The notes: a model not told the origin generated them from the letters alone. Numbered from the stretch's first letter, positions 23,531-35,599 are shown. The stretch: DNA of 39,416 nt from Octopus sinensis (GCF_006345805.1 NW_021835552.1:1-39416); one strand, 5' to 3'. A program made the numbers and translations.

Positions 23531-24199
23531 GTCCTACCAATATTTTGCGTTCTTGAAATTCCTTTCTACATGGTAAGGGAAATAATTCGCGTACAAAACT
23601 TTGAATACAGAAAACTATAAAGTAACAAGTAATATATCATTTACAAGGTACAGTCATTGAAATGCGACCATGCTGGGGCACCACCTTGAAGGGTTAAATG
23701 GAACAAACCAACCCCGATACTTACTTTGAGTCTTTAAGTCTTCTATCGAGATGCGTTACGTAAAGACAATATTGCGGAGGGAGTAAACTAATCAACAAGA
23801 ATTGCCAAGCGGTAAGTCTATGCGACAAGCACCAACACCGGCCGCCAAGCGGAGGAGGGGGACAAGCACAAAAACAGCGAAACATACACACACACACAAA
23901 ACACTGTAAATAATATTCTTGATAAAGAATAAGATATATATATGTATATATATTAGTATATAAAAATATGTATATATTTATTATATATTATATATATTTA
24001 TACTTACACATTTATATACATATATATAAATATGTGTGTATATATATAAGTATACAAATGCGTATATATACATATATATATGCGTTATTTTTTATGTATG
24101 TATAAATGGATAAATAGATAGATATACATTCATACATATCAATAGACACGCAACATATATACATATATATTATATATATATATATATATACATACATAC

Positions 24200-24230
<31 letters not shown>

Positions 24231-24722
24231 TACCTGCGTACAAATACTTACTGACATATGAATGTATAAACATATACATTTAGATACAAATAATGTAAGC
24301 GTACGAGCATGCATAATGCATGCAAGTCCTCATCGCGTTTCAAAATTGGAGGTGACATCTTGAAAATAATATAATAAAAGACAAAAAAACAGAATAATTA
24401 TAGAAATCAATCAATAAAAAAATGATTGCATTTTCAGACATTGGTTTGTCTCTGACCGATTTCAATGATGTTATTTCTAAAAGCATGACGACTCTCTATC
24501 TGTCTCTATGTAATTTACCGTCGTCTTCTTCTCATCTGTTCTTCGCTATCCTGTTTCTTAAACTTTTTATCAATCGACATCTTTTGAATTAGCAGACCCC
24601 TTTTGCCTTCTTTGTAGTTCCTTACATTATGGTGACTTCAAGCCTTATTTGGGACCAAATCGCATAAAATAAATAACAATCTAATCTCTCTTCTTTGATT
24701 CTTTACAGAACAGAATTGAAGA

Positions 24723-25014
24723 CTGTTTGTTCCTTCTCGAGCCACGCCTGGCTCATAAGAGCCGGTTTCCCGGTTTCCTTGGCGTATAGGTTTCCCCACC
24801 TGAACGGGACGCCGCTAAGCTGCAAGATGCAGGAGGAAAGAGTGAGAGAAAGTTGTGGCGAAAGTATCTGCAGACGTTCGCCATTACCTTCCGCCGGAGC
24901 CGCGTGGTGCTTTGGTGTTTCGTTCATAAAGACACACATCGCCCGGTCTGAGATTCGAACCCGCGATCCCTCGACCGCGAGTCCGCTGCTCTAACCACTA
25001 CGCCTTGTGCCTCT
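24723..25014 (-). mobile_element. tRNA-derived SINE: family C head and body with an alternative 3' tail
   Basis: tRNA-like head at ~24940-25014 and body similar to 2530-2677. The tail CCGGTTTCCTTGGCGTATA…CCTTCTCGAG is shared with 825-880. Confidence 0.85.
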
Positions 25015-25499
25015 ACGAATTGAAGACTAGTTAGAAATTACTTTCACCGGTCCTTACCAGTGCATCATTAGTACTTAATTCATTTAAAACGGAGAGAGAG
25101 AGAAATAAAGAGCGAAAGAGACAACGCTTAAACAACATCTGCTGTATGAGCGCAATATGAACAATCGGTTTTGTTTTTGCATATTAGTGAATCAATACTC
25201 TCGTTGTAGCTAGGGATTAATTGACTCAAGTAGCGAGACGACTTGTTTCTACATCAGTTTATAAACAATTTTCTATGAGGACGTTTAATAAACTTACATG
25301 TAATTTAGTTGTACAAATTGACTTTCTACAATTTGTCTTTCGACCATGGCCAGCTCTCTGTGGAAATCAGTGTGACTAAAAAAGCTTCATAAGTTTTCCA
25401 ATCGTCGTCAGTTCATCAAGTTTTCGACTGATGCAATGGCTGTTGCTCGCTGCAACTTATAGAAGCAAATCTAAATGTTTCCACTCTCGTTCATTCCCT

Positions 25500-25542
25500 C
25501 TTTTTCACCCACGCATATAATCTCTCTTTTTCTCTCTCTTTC

Positions 25543-25573
<31 letters not shown>

Positions 25574-25972
25574 CTATCTCCCCGTGTCCTTTCTCTATCT
25601 CTGTGTCCTCTCTCTTCCTCTCTCAGTCACTCTCTTCCCACGTCCTCTCTCTCTCCGCTCTCTCTCTCTCTCTCTCTCCTCTCTCTGCTCTCTCTGCTCT
25701 CTTTTTCTCTCTGATCTCTCTCTCTCTATCTCTCTCCGTACTCTCTCATTCTCTGCTCTCTTTTTCTCTTTCCTCTCTCTCTCTCTGCTCTCTTTTTCTC
25801 TTTCCTCTCTCTCTCTCTTCTCTCTGTCTCTCTCCCTTCTCTCTGTCTCTCGCTCTCTTCTCTTTATCTCTCTCTTTCTCTTTCCTCTCTCTCTCTTTTC
25901 TCTTTTTCTCTTTCCTCTCTCTCTCTCTTACCTTTCTCTCTCTCTCTCTTTCTCTCTTTCTTTCTCTCTCTT
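25500..25972. repeat. ~470-bp degenerate (CT)n polypyrimidine tract
   Basis: Direct reading. Confidence 0.95.
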
Positions 25973-26302
25973 AATTACATAGACTAAACCTGCTTTATCC
26001 TCTGACCGTGAGGCTTGTCTCTATAGCGTGCACCAATCTCTTTTCCCCTTCGAGAACAAAGCTAACATTCCGGACAAAACCGATTGCTAAGAACGACGGC
26101 AGAACAGCAACGAAATCCTAAAAGTATTTCTTTTTGCAGTCATTTGAACCGGAAATCCCAATCCGATATTGGCAACATCGACAAATGATCCGTTTAATAA
26201 TAAATTTTCGTATATTCCATCTTCCATCTTGCCTTTGCCATATACATAACAATCTCTGTGTAAATGACCAGGCTTTACCAGTAAACCACTCAGTTTATTA
26301 TC

Positions 26303-26340
<38 letters not shown>

Positions 26341-26343
26341 ATA

Positions 26344-26762
26344 GGCGCAGGAGTGCCTGTGTGGTAAGTAGCTTGTTTACCAACCACATGGTTCTGGGTT
26401 CAGTCCCACTGCGTGGCACCTTGGGCAAGTGTCTTCTACTATAGCCTCGGGCCGACCAAAGCCTTGTGAGTGGATTTGGCAGACGGAAACCGAAAGAAGC
26501 CCGTCGTATATATGTATATATATATATGCGTGTGTGTGTTTGTGTGTCTGTGTTTGTCCCCCCCCCCTACATCACTTGACAACCGATGCTGGTGTGTTTA
26601 CGTCCCCGTCACTTAGCGGTTCGGTAAAAAGAGACCGATAGAATAAGCACTGGGCTTACAAAAGAATAAGTCCCGGGATCGAGTTGCTCGATTAAAGGCG
26701 GTGCTCCAGCATGGCCGCAGTCAAATGACTGAAACAAGTAAAAGAGTAAAAGAGTAAAAGAG
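26344..26762 (+). mobile_element. SINE family B, full length, young-looking
   Basis: Close match to 34244-34638; ends in tandem (GTAAAAGA)x3. Confidence 0.93.
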
Positions 26763-26879
26763 ATACATATACACATAAACCCACACATAAATACATAAAA
26801 TTTAGATATGTTGCGACCAAAGATTGGCGCAGGCCATGTATGCATATCCATACATACATATATATTCTCATTCCCAGGT

Positions 26880-27000
26880 TCGAAATTTCCCCAAGACACC
26901 TGAAGAAGGCTGGAGGGTATATCAGCGGAACTGCTGTGTTAACAACAAACACGATGAGGACAAATATCCGTCAAATGTAAATAACGTAAATTATGTACAG
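26880..27000 (+). mobile_element. Penelope-like-element-type relic with decayed minimal hammerhead
   Basis: GACAC-CTGAAGA-A-GGCTG-gagggtatat-CAGCG-GAAC-tgct-GTGTT (26895-26940). Confidence 0.55.
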
Positions 27001-27689
27001 AATTCCTTATCTTAAATATAGAACTGAACAACAAAAACAACTATGAAAGATACATTGGATAATGTGATCAAAGATGACTGTAAAAAGATGGTAATATCAT
27101 CACTGGAACTTCTTTGATTACCGATCTGCTTGGTTTAGTTGACCTGGGGTTAAACATCGACTTGGGGAATCACATTGGATAATACATAGATAGGTCCACG
27201 GCAGGAATGCGTTTGTTAACAGAAGTTCCAAATCAAGATAGGTGAAAAAAAAATAGCAGCAATGTGGAATGACACCGTGGATAATGTAATAACAAGTAGT
27301 TACAGGATGGCGGGATCGTCATGGCTAGAACGCCATTTATTACAGATTTGAATTAGAACTTTTGACCTGGGGCTAGACGACATGAGAAAACAACAACACA
27401 AACAACTACAACAACAACAGCCTTCTTATATTTCTAGCAGTTTCTTTTCTCGAAGGTTAAACCTCGACCATAATATAATTGTCATAATTACTTTTTTACT
27501 ATAAAAGCTGTGAATAAATCGGTTAATTATTTAATCAATTAATTTAAATTAGACTAATTGGATATAACTATTGAAAATGAATACCTTTCAGTCCACATCT
27601 ATTTTGTTGTTGTTCCCTCGGGTTTATTGCACTTATATGGTTTGACGAGTTGTGTTTAGAATAAGTCCAAAATCCATATCTCCAACAAA

Positions 27690-28290
27690 CAATATTCAAA
27701 TTCCTGGTCAGTTTTATTCTAATACGCCATTATTCCTAACAGTTTCCGAAATAACTCCGGTTATTTGCTGAAGACCAATAAATACTCTTACAGGTAACAT
27801 ACGACATTCGAATTTTCTCCAGCTCTGTAGCATTGGCAGTACTATAAAATTCATATCACAAAGGTATGGTCTTCAGCTTCTCTGCAACGGTTTCTCTATG
27901 TCTGGCATGCAGCTCAACTGGACATCGTGTCCGAAATATTTCCAGCTATTTGCTTGAGTCCAACATTCTTACTAACACCATCCGACATCCAAATTTCTCC
28001 AGCTATTTAGGAGTACCAGTAATCTAAAATTCATACCACAAAAAAAGCACGATCTCTGAATTGTCTGCAAAGATTTTCCAAAGTCCAGAATTCATCTCAA
28101 CTGCATATCACGACCGAAGCGCCTCAAGCTCTTTACCAATCGCCTGGAGTATTGTAAATCGGAATTTTCTCTGGGTATTTGTGAATGTCCGAAATTCATA
28201 CCAGCTTTTTTTATGCAGCAAATTACGGTCAAGCTGTTTATTATTCACAACAGTCATACAATCTTCGGTCTCAATCCAAATTCCTCTCCA
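27690..28290. repeat. Highly diverged tandem repeat, ~60-bp subunit with ~180-bp higher-order period
   Basis: TTCTCCAGCT occurs at 27815 and 27995; AAATTCATAyCACAAA at ~27847 and ~28027; TCCGAAAT…CCAGC-like motifs recur about every 60 bp. Confidence 0.55.
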
Positions 28291-28734
28291 ATTTCTTTAG
28301 CCATTGTTTAAAACCATGATTCCGTTGACTAACCAAAGTTTCTGCCAGTTTGCTTTCTCTATTTTTTCTTCTTTTCGACGCAAAACTAAGTCAAAACTCA
28401 ATACACTTTTCAGCTACATGTTATTATTTTTTTCATCATTATTTTTTTTTCCGCCGTTTTATCATGAAACCATTTCCTAAATGAGAGTTATATATGATAG
28501 ACAGTTCGACATCTCTCTAATGAAGTTTCACTAATTATTCAGAACACCGATCGATAACGAGTTGTGACAACATATAGCTGTATGTACGAATGTGGGGCAT
28601 GTGCGCTGGTTGGTCGTTGGTTCTCTCTAAAAGTGTGCCAGTCGCCTGTGAAAAGGAGAATGTTTTGTTAATGTGATTGTGCTTACTGCTACGTATGCCT
28701 GCGCGCGCGTGTGTGTGTTGTGTGTGTGTGTGTG

Positions 28735-28767
<33 letters not shown>

Positions 28768-29232
28768 AAGTGTAATGAATGTATTAGACACTGAAAATTT
28801 TTTGATATTAATTCAATAAAAACTAGTTAAATATTAGGCAATGTGCTTCATTTAATTATTCATGGAACATATGTGGACACACGTACGCATACGTTTATAC
28901 GCAGTCACACACACACACACACACGCACACACAAACACATGTATATAAATATGATTATATATTAATGAGGATTTACACTTAGACATACATAAATATATAC
29001 ACCCACACAGAATTCTGCAGATAGATAGATAGATAGATAGATACATACATACATACATTGATGGATAGATAGAGAGCAGTTTTTTTTGTTTTTGCAGCTT
29101 TAGAAAAAGTATAAATATATGTGCATGTGTGTGTGTGGTGTGTGTACATGTATATATATGTATGTGTTTGTGTGTGGTGTGTTTATAAATATATATATAT
29201 TTTTATATACATACATGTATGTATTATATATA

Positions 29233-29274
<42 letters not shown>

Positions 29275-29555
29275 ATATATATTTTATATATTTATGTATG
29301 TATACATATATATATACACACACATACACACACACTACACACACAATGAAATGAAAATTCAAGGAGCCTGGTGTTGCTCCTCAAAGTAAAATTGTTTAAT
29401 TTTGTAGCTTCGACAAAAATATTTCCGTGTGAAGGTATGTCTATACATATTTAAGTACATAGAACCATACACACTGGCGGTGCCCCAGCCTGGCCACAGC
29501 CTCAGGGCTGAAACTTACAAATGGATAAAAGAATATATATATATATATATATATA

Positions 29556-30078
29556 TTGGGTTATCCCTAAAAGCAGGTAATAATATTATCTTGTCTTTAT
29601 TCTTAAGTACAAGTTTTGAAGACTGCGGTTCGATTTTAACAGTTATTTTTTCAAAGCTAGAATGGAATTGACAAAAGATCATATTCGGCATATTTTGTTT
29701 TATGAGTTCAATAGAGGCAACAACGCAGCGGAAAGTGCGAGGAATATTAATACAGTGTATGGGGATCGTACAATAAGCGTATGCTGGGAGGATCTGTAGA
29801 TCTCGACGAGGACATCCTGCAAACCCCGGTGGAACAAAATCCCATTGTAACTGTTGAGGGACCAGCAGAGAAGCTTGGATTTGGTCATTCAACCATTCTC
29901 CGATATCTGCGTGCCATCGAAAAAGTCAGCAAATTGAGTCAATGGGTTCCTCACAAACTGTCTGAGTTTAATCACGCCGTACAGAGAGTGAATGTGTGCC
30001 CTTCTTTTCTGTCGCGTCTCACGAATGAAACTTTCTGGGATCGAATAGTGACCGGTGACGAGAAATTGGTTCTCCTAA
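29556..30078 (+). pseudogene. Mariner transposase relic 1 (5' end, internal deletion, 3' truncated)
   Basis: TA|TTGGGTTATCC TIR-like start. ATG at 29662 gives MELTKDHIRHILFYEFNRGNNAAESARNINTVYG (mariner HTH). After a frameshift come WVPHKL and FWDRIVTGDEKLV (first catalytic Asp region). The relic ends in (TA)n. Confidence 0.9.
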
Positions 30079-31213
30079 TATATATATATATATACACAAG
30101 TTTTCCCGCAATTTCCGTTCACAGAATTCTATCACAAGACATTGGTCTAGCCAAGCAATATCATAAGATACTTGCTCAAACAAGGTGCTGCACAATGGGA
30201 TTGAACTTGAAGCTCCATCGCTGCAAACGCCGAACACATGATCTCAGTATAAACAGCTGTTTGAAAATGTCACTGCGACACAATGAAACTAAATGCATGA
30301 TATCATATGTAAAACACCATAAAATGCAATTTGCAGAATTCAAAATGAATTCAAATTAGCAGAGAGCATGTATGTACAGGGTATCAATAGGAATAAGCTA
30401 TTAATCTAGCGTCAAGTTTAACGTGGATATATTCTCACTGACTACGCTTTATTAAGACAAGAAACCGATCCGCTAAGTGCTGCAGTTTCTGTCCACAGAG
30501 TTATAAAACCAGTGGTAAAACCATTTTATTTACTATTCATTTTGAAGTTAAAACTCTATGTTTATTCAAAAGCATACTTTGAATTAGAAATTATTCAAAG
30601 CACGGTGTGTGCTGGGCTATGGACGAATAAATAAATCGATGCTGCTAACGTATACAATGTTATGCAAATGAAACTAATCGATTTGGATGACTCATAGTTT
30701 TAACATAAGGGGAATAGCTATAAGCTAATAGACTCTTAGTGTGCAATTGAAAACTGTAAATTTAGCAATACAGGTATCGATGGGAACTTGAACTGTCAAG
30801 GGTGATCTTGTCTCAGTACGTGTGGCCGCAGCCCTGGGTTGATTATTGTGGTAGACTGGCTGTTCTTTACTCATGAAAGTATTACTCATCCTCACTGTTG
30901 ATGTTTATCCAATAAAATTTCAAAGAGTTGAACTGATGGAGCCCCGCATCAGTGATGCTGGAAATCTTTGTCTGATGGCAAATTGACGGAACAAACTCAG
31001 TATTGAATCTTGCAGAACCTTCTCACACTGTTCTGCCAATCCAGTGACTTGTACTTTGTATTTATTTTATCGACCCCGAAAAGGAAGTCACAGCAAAATT
31101 AAGCTCAGAGGGATTTAGACTCAGAATACAGGGCATTATGATATATACCACTAGGTATATCTAATGAATCTGCTGATATGCAACACGGGAACTGAGAGCA
31201 TATATATGTATAT

Positions 31214-32017
31214 GGAACTCTTGCGAAGTGATGCCATTTAACGCGTCCCGTTAAGGCGGCGAGCTGGCAGAAACGTTAGCACGCCGGGCGAAATGCGTAG
31301 CGGTATTTCGTCTGTCGTTACGTTCCGAGTTCAAATTCCGCCGAGGTCGACTTTGCCTTTCATCCTCTCGGGGTCGATAAATTAAGTACCAGTTACGCAC
31401 TGGGTTCGATATAATCGACTTAATCCCTTTGTCTGTCCTTGTTTGTCCCCTCTGTGTTTAGCCCCTTGTGGGTAGTAAAGAAATATTTAACGCGTCCCGT
31501 CGTTATTTTCTTCACTTCTTCCACATCTGCGAATTACGCAGCACCAGCTTCCGTCACCAGTGAGAAAATGTCCGGATCAATTTGTAAATGTTTTATCAGT
31601 TCACAACACGCATCCACTTGTCAATGCTTTTGATATTCCGTGAGCAATCGAAGCACAAATTTCACTGCAACTCTTTTCATTCACAACCCATCGCTCAAAA
31701 TTCGTTGGCAGCAGCTCCAGAACACATTAGCCGTATCATCAAGTTTGTCTCTTGTTCGGTAACTGTTCCTCCAAGATCAGTTCATGAATCTTCATGATGT
31801 TTCCATTCGTGCGGGAACTCAACAGAGGCCCTGAATGAGGTTGGTCCTCAAGCGACAAGTGACCATTCGTAAAACGAGGAAAACGCACGTAAACTTGTAT
31901 TTTGCTCATGGCAGCGTCCTTGCAGTCTGTTTGAAGTATGACAACTGGTTCGGCTGCCGCTTTCCCCAGCGGAAAACAGAATTTCATTGAATCACGCTGT
32001 TCCTTCGTTTCAGCTAT
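31214..32017 (-). pseudogene. Mariner transposase relic 2 (different subfamily; stops, internal deletion, SINE insertion)
   Basis: (I)AETKEQRDSMKFCF…LSLEDQPHSG, MKRVAVKFVLRLLT, TGDGSWC, FADVEEVKK…GITSQEF. The apparent start codon is mutated to ATA (32015-32017). Confidence 0.88.
31252..31484 (+). mobile_element. SINE family A monomer, young, with perfect 16-bp TSD
   Basis: ATTTAACGCGTCCCGT at 31236-31251 and 31485-31500. Confidence 0.95.
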
Positions 32018-32145
32018 CGCAAAAGTCGACGAACAGGGGAGAAACACTGCAAAACAAAGACGCACCACGTGGCAGTACGGCTACACGCGACGACGCCGCC
32101 GTTCGTCTGACTGATGCCCGAGGGTCGCATCAAGTGGCTTCTAGT

Positions 32146-32552
32146 CTTATTTAATTTTTTATTGCCCACAGGGGGCTAAACATAGGACAGTCAAAGGCAC
32201 TAAGTCGATTACATCGACCCTAGTGCGTAACTGGTACTTAGTTAATCGACCCCGAAAGGATGAAAGACAAAGTCGACCTCGGCGGAATTTGAACTCAGGA
32301 CGTAACGGCAGACACAATACCTATTTCTTTACTACCCACAAGGGGCTAAACACAGAGTGGTCGAATACGGAAAAACAAACGGATTAAGTCGATTATATGG
32401 ACCCCAGTGCGTAACTGGTACTTATTTAATCGACCCCGAAAGGATGAAAGGCAAAGTCGACCTCGGCAGGAATTGAACTCAGAACGTAGCGGCTGACGAA
32501 ATACCGCTAAGCATTTCGCCCGGCGTGCTAACGTTTCTGCCAGCTCGCCGCC
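32146..32552 (-). mobile_element. SINE family A dimer (full unit 32321-32552 plus headless unit 32146-32320)
   Basis: Two bodies joined at AAAGAAATAG|GTATT. Flanking GGCTTCTAGT (32136-32145) / GGCTTCTGGT (32553-32562). Confidence 0.9.
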
Positions 32553-32602
32553 GGCTTCTGGTGGCAGAACCCGAACTATATATAATACAATAGAGAAAGT
32601 TT

Positions 32603-33097
32603 CGTGTGTGTGTGTGTGTATGTGTGTATGTGTGTGTGTTGTGTGTGGTGTGTGTGTGTGCGTGTGTGTGTGTGTGTGTGTGCGTGTGTGTGTGTTTGTG
32701 TGTTGTGCGGGTGTTGTGTGGTGTGTGTGTGTGGTGTGTGTGCGTTGTGTGGAGTGCGTGTGTGGTGTGTGTGGTGTGTGTGCGTGTGTGTGTGTGTGTG
32801 GTGCGCGTGTGTGTGTGTGTGTGTTGTGTGTGTGTGTGCACGCGTGTGGTGTGTGTGTGTGTGGCGTGTGTGTGTGGTGTGTGTGTGCGTGGGTGTGTGT
32901 GTGCGTGTGTGTGCGTTTGTGTTGCGTGTGTGTGTGTGTGTGTGCGTGTGTGTGTGTGTGTGTGCGCGATGTGTGCGGTGTGTGTGTGTGTGTGTGTGTG
33001 TGTGCACGCGTGTTGTGTGTGTGTGTTGTGTGAGGTGTGTGTGTGTGTGGTGCGTTGTGTTGTGTGTGTGTGTGTGTGTATTTGTGTGTGTGTGTGT
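32603..33097. repeat. ~500-bp degenerate (GT)n/(GC) tract
   Basis: Direct reading. Confidence 0.95.
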
Positions 33098-33397
33098 GGC
33101 CTCTTGAAAGTCACATAGGAATGAGTGCATGAACGATATTAAATTATGCAAATACATGCAGAATGTATCGATTTAACATCTATCGAACGTTTGTGCTGCG
33201 TATCTGGAGTGAAATTAGCATACATCGAAAACAAGCACACATACTCATTCATACACACACACACACACGCACTTGCTTACACACGTACGCTCAGACACAC
33301 TCACACACAGGCAAAGGTGCACATACACACAATTGAACAACCATACACACATGGAGTTTCATACACGAATACGCGCACTCTCACATGCATAGATCCG

Positions 33398-33438
<41 letters not shown>

Positions 33439-33520
33439 TATTGTGTGTATTTGTGAGTACGTGTGTGTGTGTGTATGTGTGTGCGTGTGTGCATGTTTGT
33501 GTATGTGTAGATCTATATAT

Positions 33521-33725
33521 TCTTTTATTTCTTAATTGTTTCAGTCATTTGAGTGCGGCCATGCTGAAGCACCGCCTTTAGTCGAGAAAATCGACCCCAG
33601 AACTTATTCTTTGTAAGCCCAGTACGTATTCTATCGGTCTCTTTTGCCGAACCGCTAAGTGGGACTGATCCCGGAATCATGTGGTTGGTAAGCAAGCTAC
33701 TTACCACACAGCCACTCCTGCGCCT
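33521..33725 (-). mobile_element. SINE family B with core and microsatellite deleted
   Basis: The tail half is joined directly to the head at CCGCTAAG|TGGGACTG (~33659). Confidence 0.85.
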
Positions 33726-33823
33726 ATATATATATATAATATTATATTATATATATATATGTCTCCTCTATGTGTATCTCCACAGTGGGCAATAAAGAAA
33801 TACAGATAGACAGACAGATAGAC

Positions 33824-33906
<83 letters not shown>

Positions 33907-34243
33907 TACACATATATATCTATACATATGTATGTATAGATATGTGGGGTGGTGGGCATGTATGTATACACACACGACACGTTTCCATACAACTTCGCTC
34001 ACAAGTAATCGTTCGGCTCGGGGTTATCGTAAAGTCTCTCCCCAAACATTACACGGGACTGAAGAGCGACTGAGTCTGAAACCACTTGCCTCAACCCTTA
34101 TATCTGTGATTTGTAACATGGGGCTTGGAGAAATTGTGGTGGGGCATGTGATTCAAAGATTTTTCCCTTTTTAGTGGAACGTGGAATTGTGAAAATGTGT
34201 CGTTGTTTTTCTCTTTAGTCAAGAATGTGCTTTGCTTTTGTAC

Positions 34244-34404
34244 TGGCTGTGTGGTAAGTAGCTTGCTAACCAACCACATGGTTCCAGGTTCAGTCCCACT
34301 GCGTGGCATCTTGGGCAAGTGTCTTCTGCTATAGCCCCGGGCCGACCAATGCCTTGTGAGTGGATTTGGTAGACGGAAACTGAAAGAAGCCTGTCGTATA
34401 TATG

Positions 34405-34435
<31 letters not shown>

Positions 34436-34638
34436 GTTTGTGTGTCTGTGTTTGTCCCCCTAGCATTGCTTGACAACCGATGCTGGTGTGTTTACGTCCC
34501 CGTCACTTAGCGGTTCGGCAAAAGAGACCGATAGAATAAGTACTGGGCTTATAAAGAATAAGTCCCGGGGTCGATTTGCTCGACTAAAGGCGGTGCTCCA
34601 GCATGACCGCAGTCAAATGACTGAAACAAGTAAAAGAG
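34244..34638 (+). mobile_element. SINE family B, near full length
   Basis: Head, CORE-like segment, microsatellite and tail as in 26344-26762. Confidence 0.93.
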
Positions 34639-35220
34639 AGCCCTTAATAAAAGAGTTAATTAATGAAAGAGATACCGGTAGATTCTTTCATATTAAATAA
34701 TTGTGTTAAAATATTAAAAGAAAGTTTGGGCTTTTTTTCCATCCACCAGTGGAGTAGGCCTATACATGTTTCTTGAAAGCTACGGTGGCGCTCGGGGAAG
34801 AAACAGGTTGGGAAAAATGTTTAATACATTTAGATAGCGTAAAGGATAGAAGTCTCTGAAAAATGCTTTTAGCCATTCGATCGCATGTCTGTCAGATATT
34901 CACAGAGAAAATAGATTATGACGATAGCAAGAAAGTAAATTCGCGTTTCAAAAACTGCACAAAATAGTGAACAAGGCCAGGGAAAATATTAATAATATTT
35001 CAATGACCCTCGTGTTTAAACAAAACGTTGACATGTCGCTTTGATGAGCAAATCAATAGTATTTAGTCGAAGCAGTTAATGCTGCATGAATCGTTATACA
35101 ATGTATCATAGCTGGTCATAACAACTAGGTCACAACTAATTACTATATTCGGAGGAGTATCATTGTAAACGTTTGATTGTAATAACAAATGTTACCTATG
35201 AGGTATAATAGCCGAAATGA

Positions 35221-35500
35221 GGAGGTGCAATGGCCCAGTGGTTAGGGCAGCGGACTCGCGATCGTAGGATCGCGGTTTCGATTCTCAGACCGGGCGTTGT
35301 GAGTGTTTATTGAGCGAAAACACCTAAAGTTCCACGAGCCTTGTCACACACTTTATCGCACTGAATCTCTCTCAAGAACTATCTTAAGTGTACACGTGTC
35401 TGTGGAATGCTCAGCCACTTGCACGTTAATTTCATGAGCAGGCTGTTCCGTTGATCGGATCAAGTGGAATCCTCATCGTCGTAACCGACGTAGTACCACG
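35221..35500 (+). mobile_element. SINE family C (tRNA-like head, possibly Arg-derived), internally deleted, with 12-bp TSD
   Basis: GGAGGTGCAATGGCCCAGTGGTTAGGGCAGCGGAC…GGTTTCGATTC. AATAGCCGAAAT at 35207-35218 and 35501-35512. Confidence 0.92.
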
Positions 35501-35599
35501 AATAGCCGAAATAAAAAATAGATGATTGTGAAAACTGGCCGTTTTCTGTTTGGTGTGCAAATTTGTTTGGCTTTACATAGTATCAAATTTTGACAAAAT

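Noticed and set aside
26087-26310. ORF segment GKMEDGIYENLLLNGSFVDVANIG
   Set aside because: The ORF start comes from a SINE, no family is recognisable, and no clear splice pair is present; it could be UTR or intergenic.
27050-27420. Two similar blocks ending GACCTGGGGyTA…CAACAAC
   Set aside because: They look like decayed 3' tails of another SINE/LINE family; too diverged to delimit and not unusual.
34066-34090. CTGAAGA…GAAAC hammerhead-like string
   Set aside because: The surrounding sequence reads as a decayed SINE family B head/core on the minus strand, and stems I and III are unconvincing.
35221-35295. tRNA-like sequence (also ~24940-25014)
   Set aside because: It continues directly into a SINE body and sits inside a TSD, and the acceptor stem is not properly paired; this is a SINE head, not a tRNA gene.
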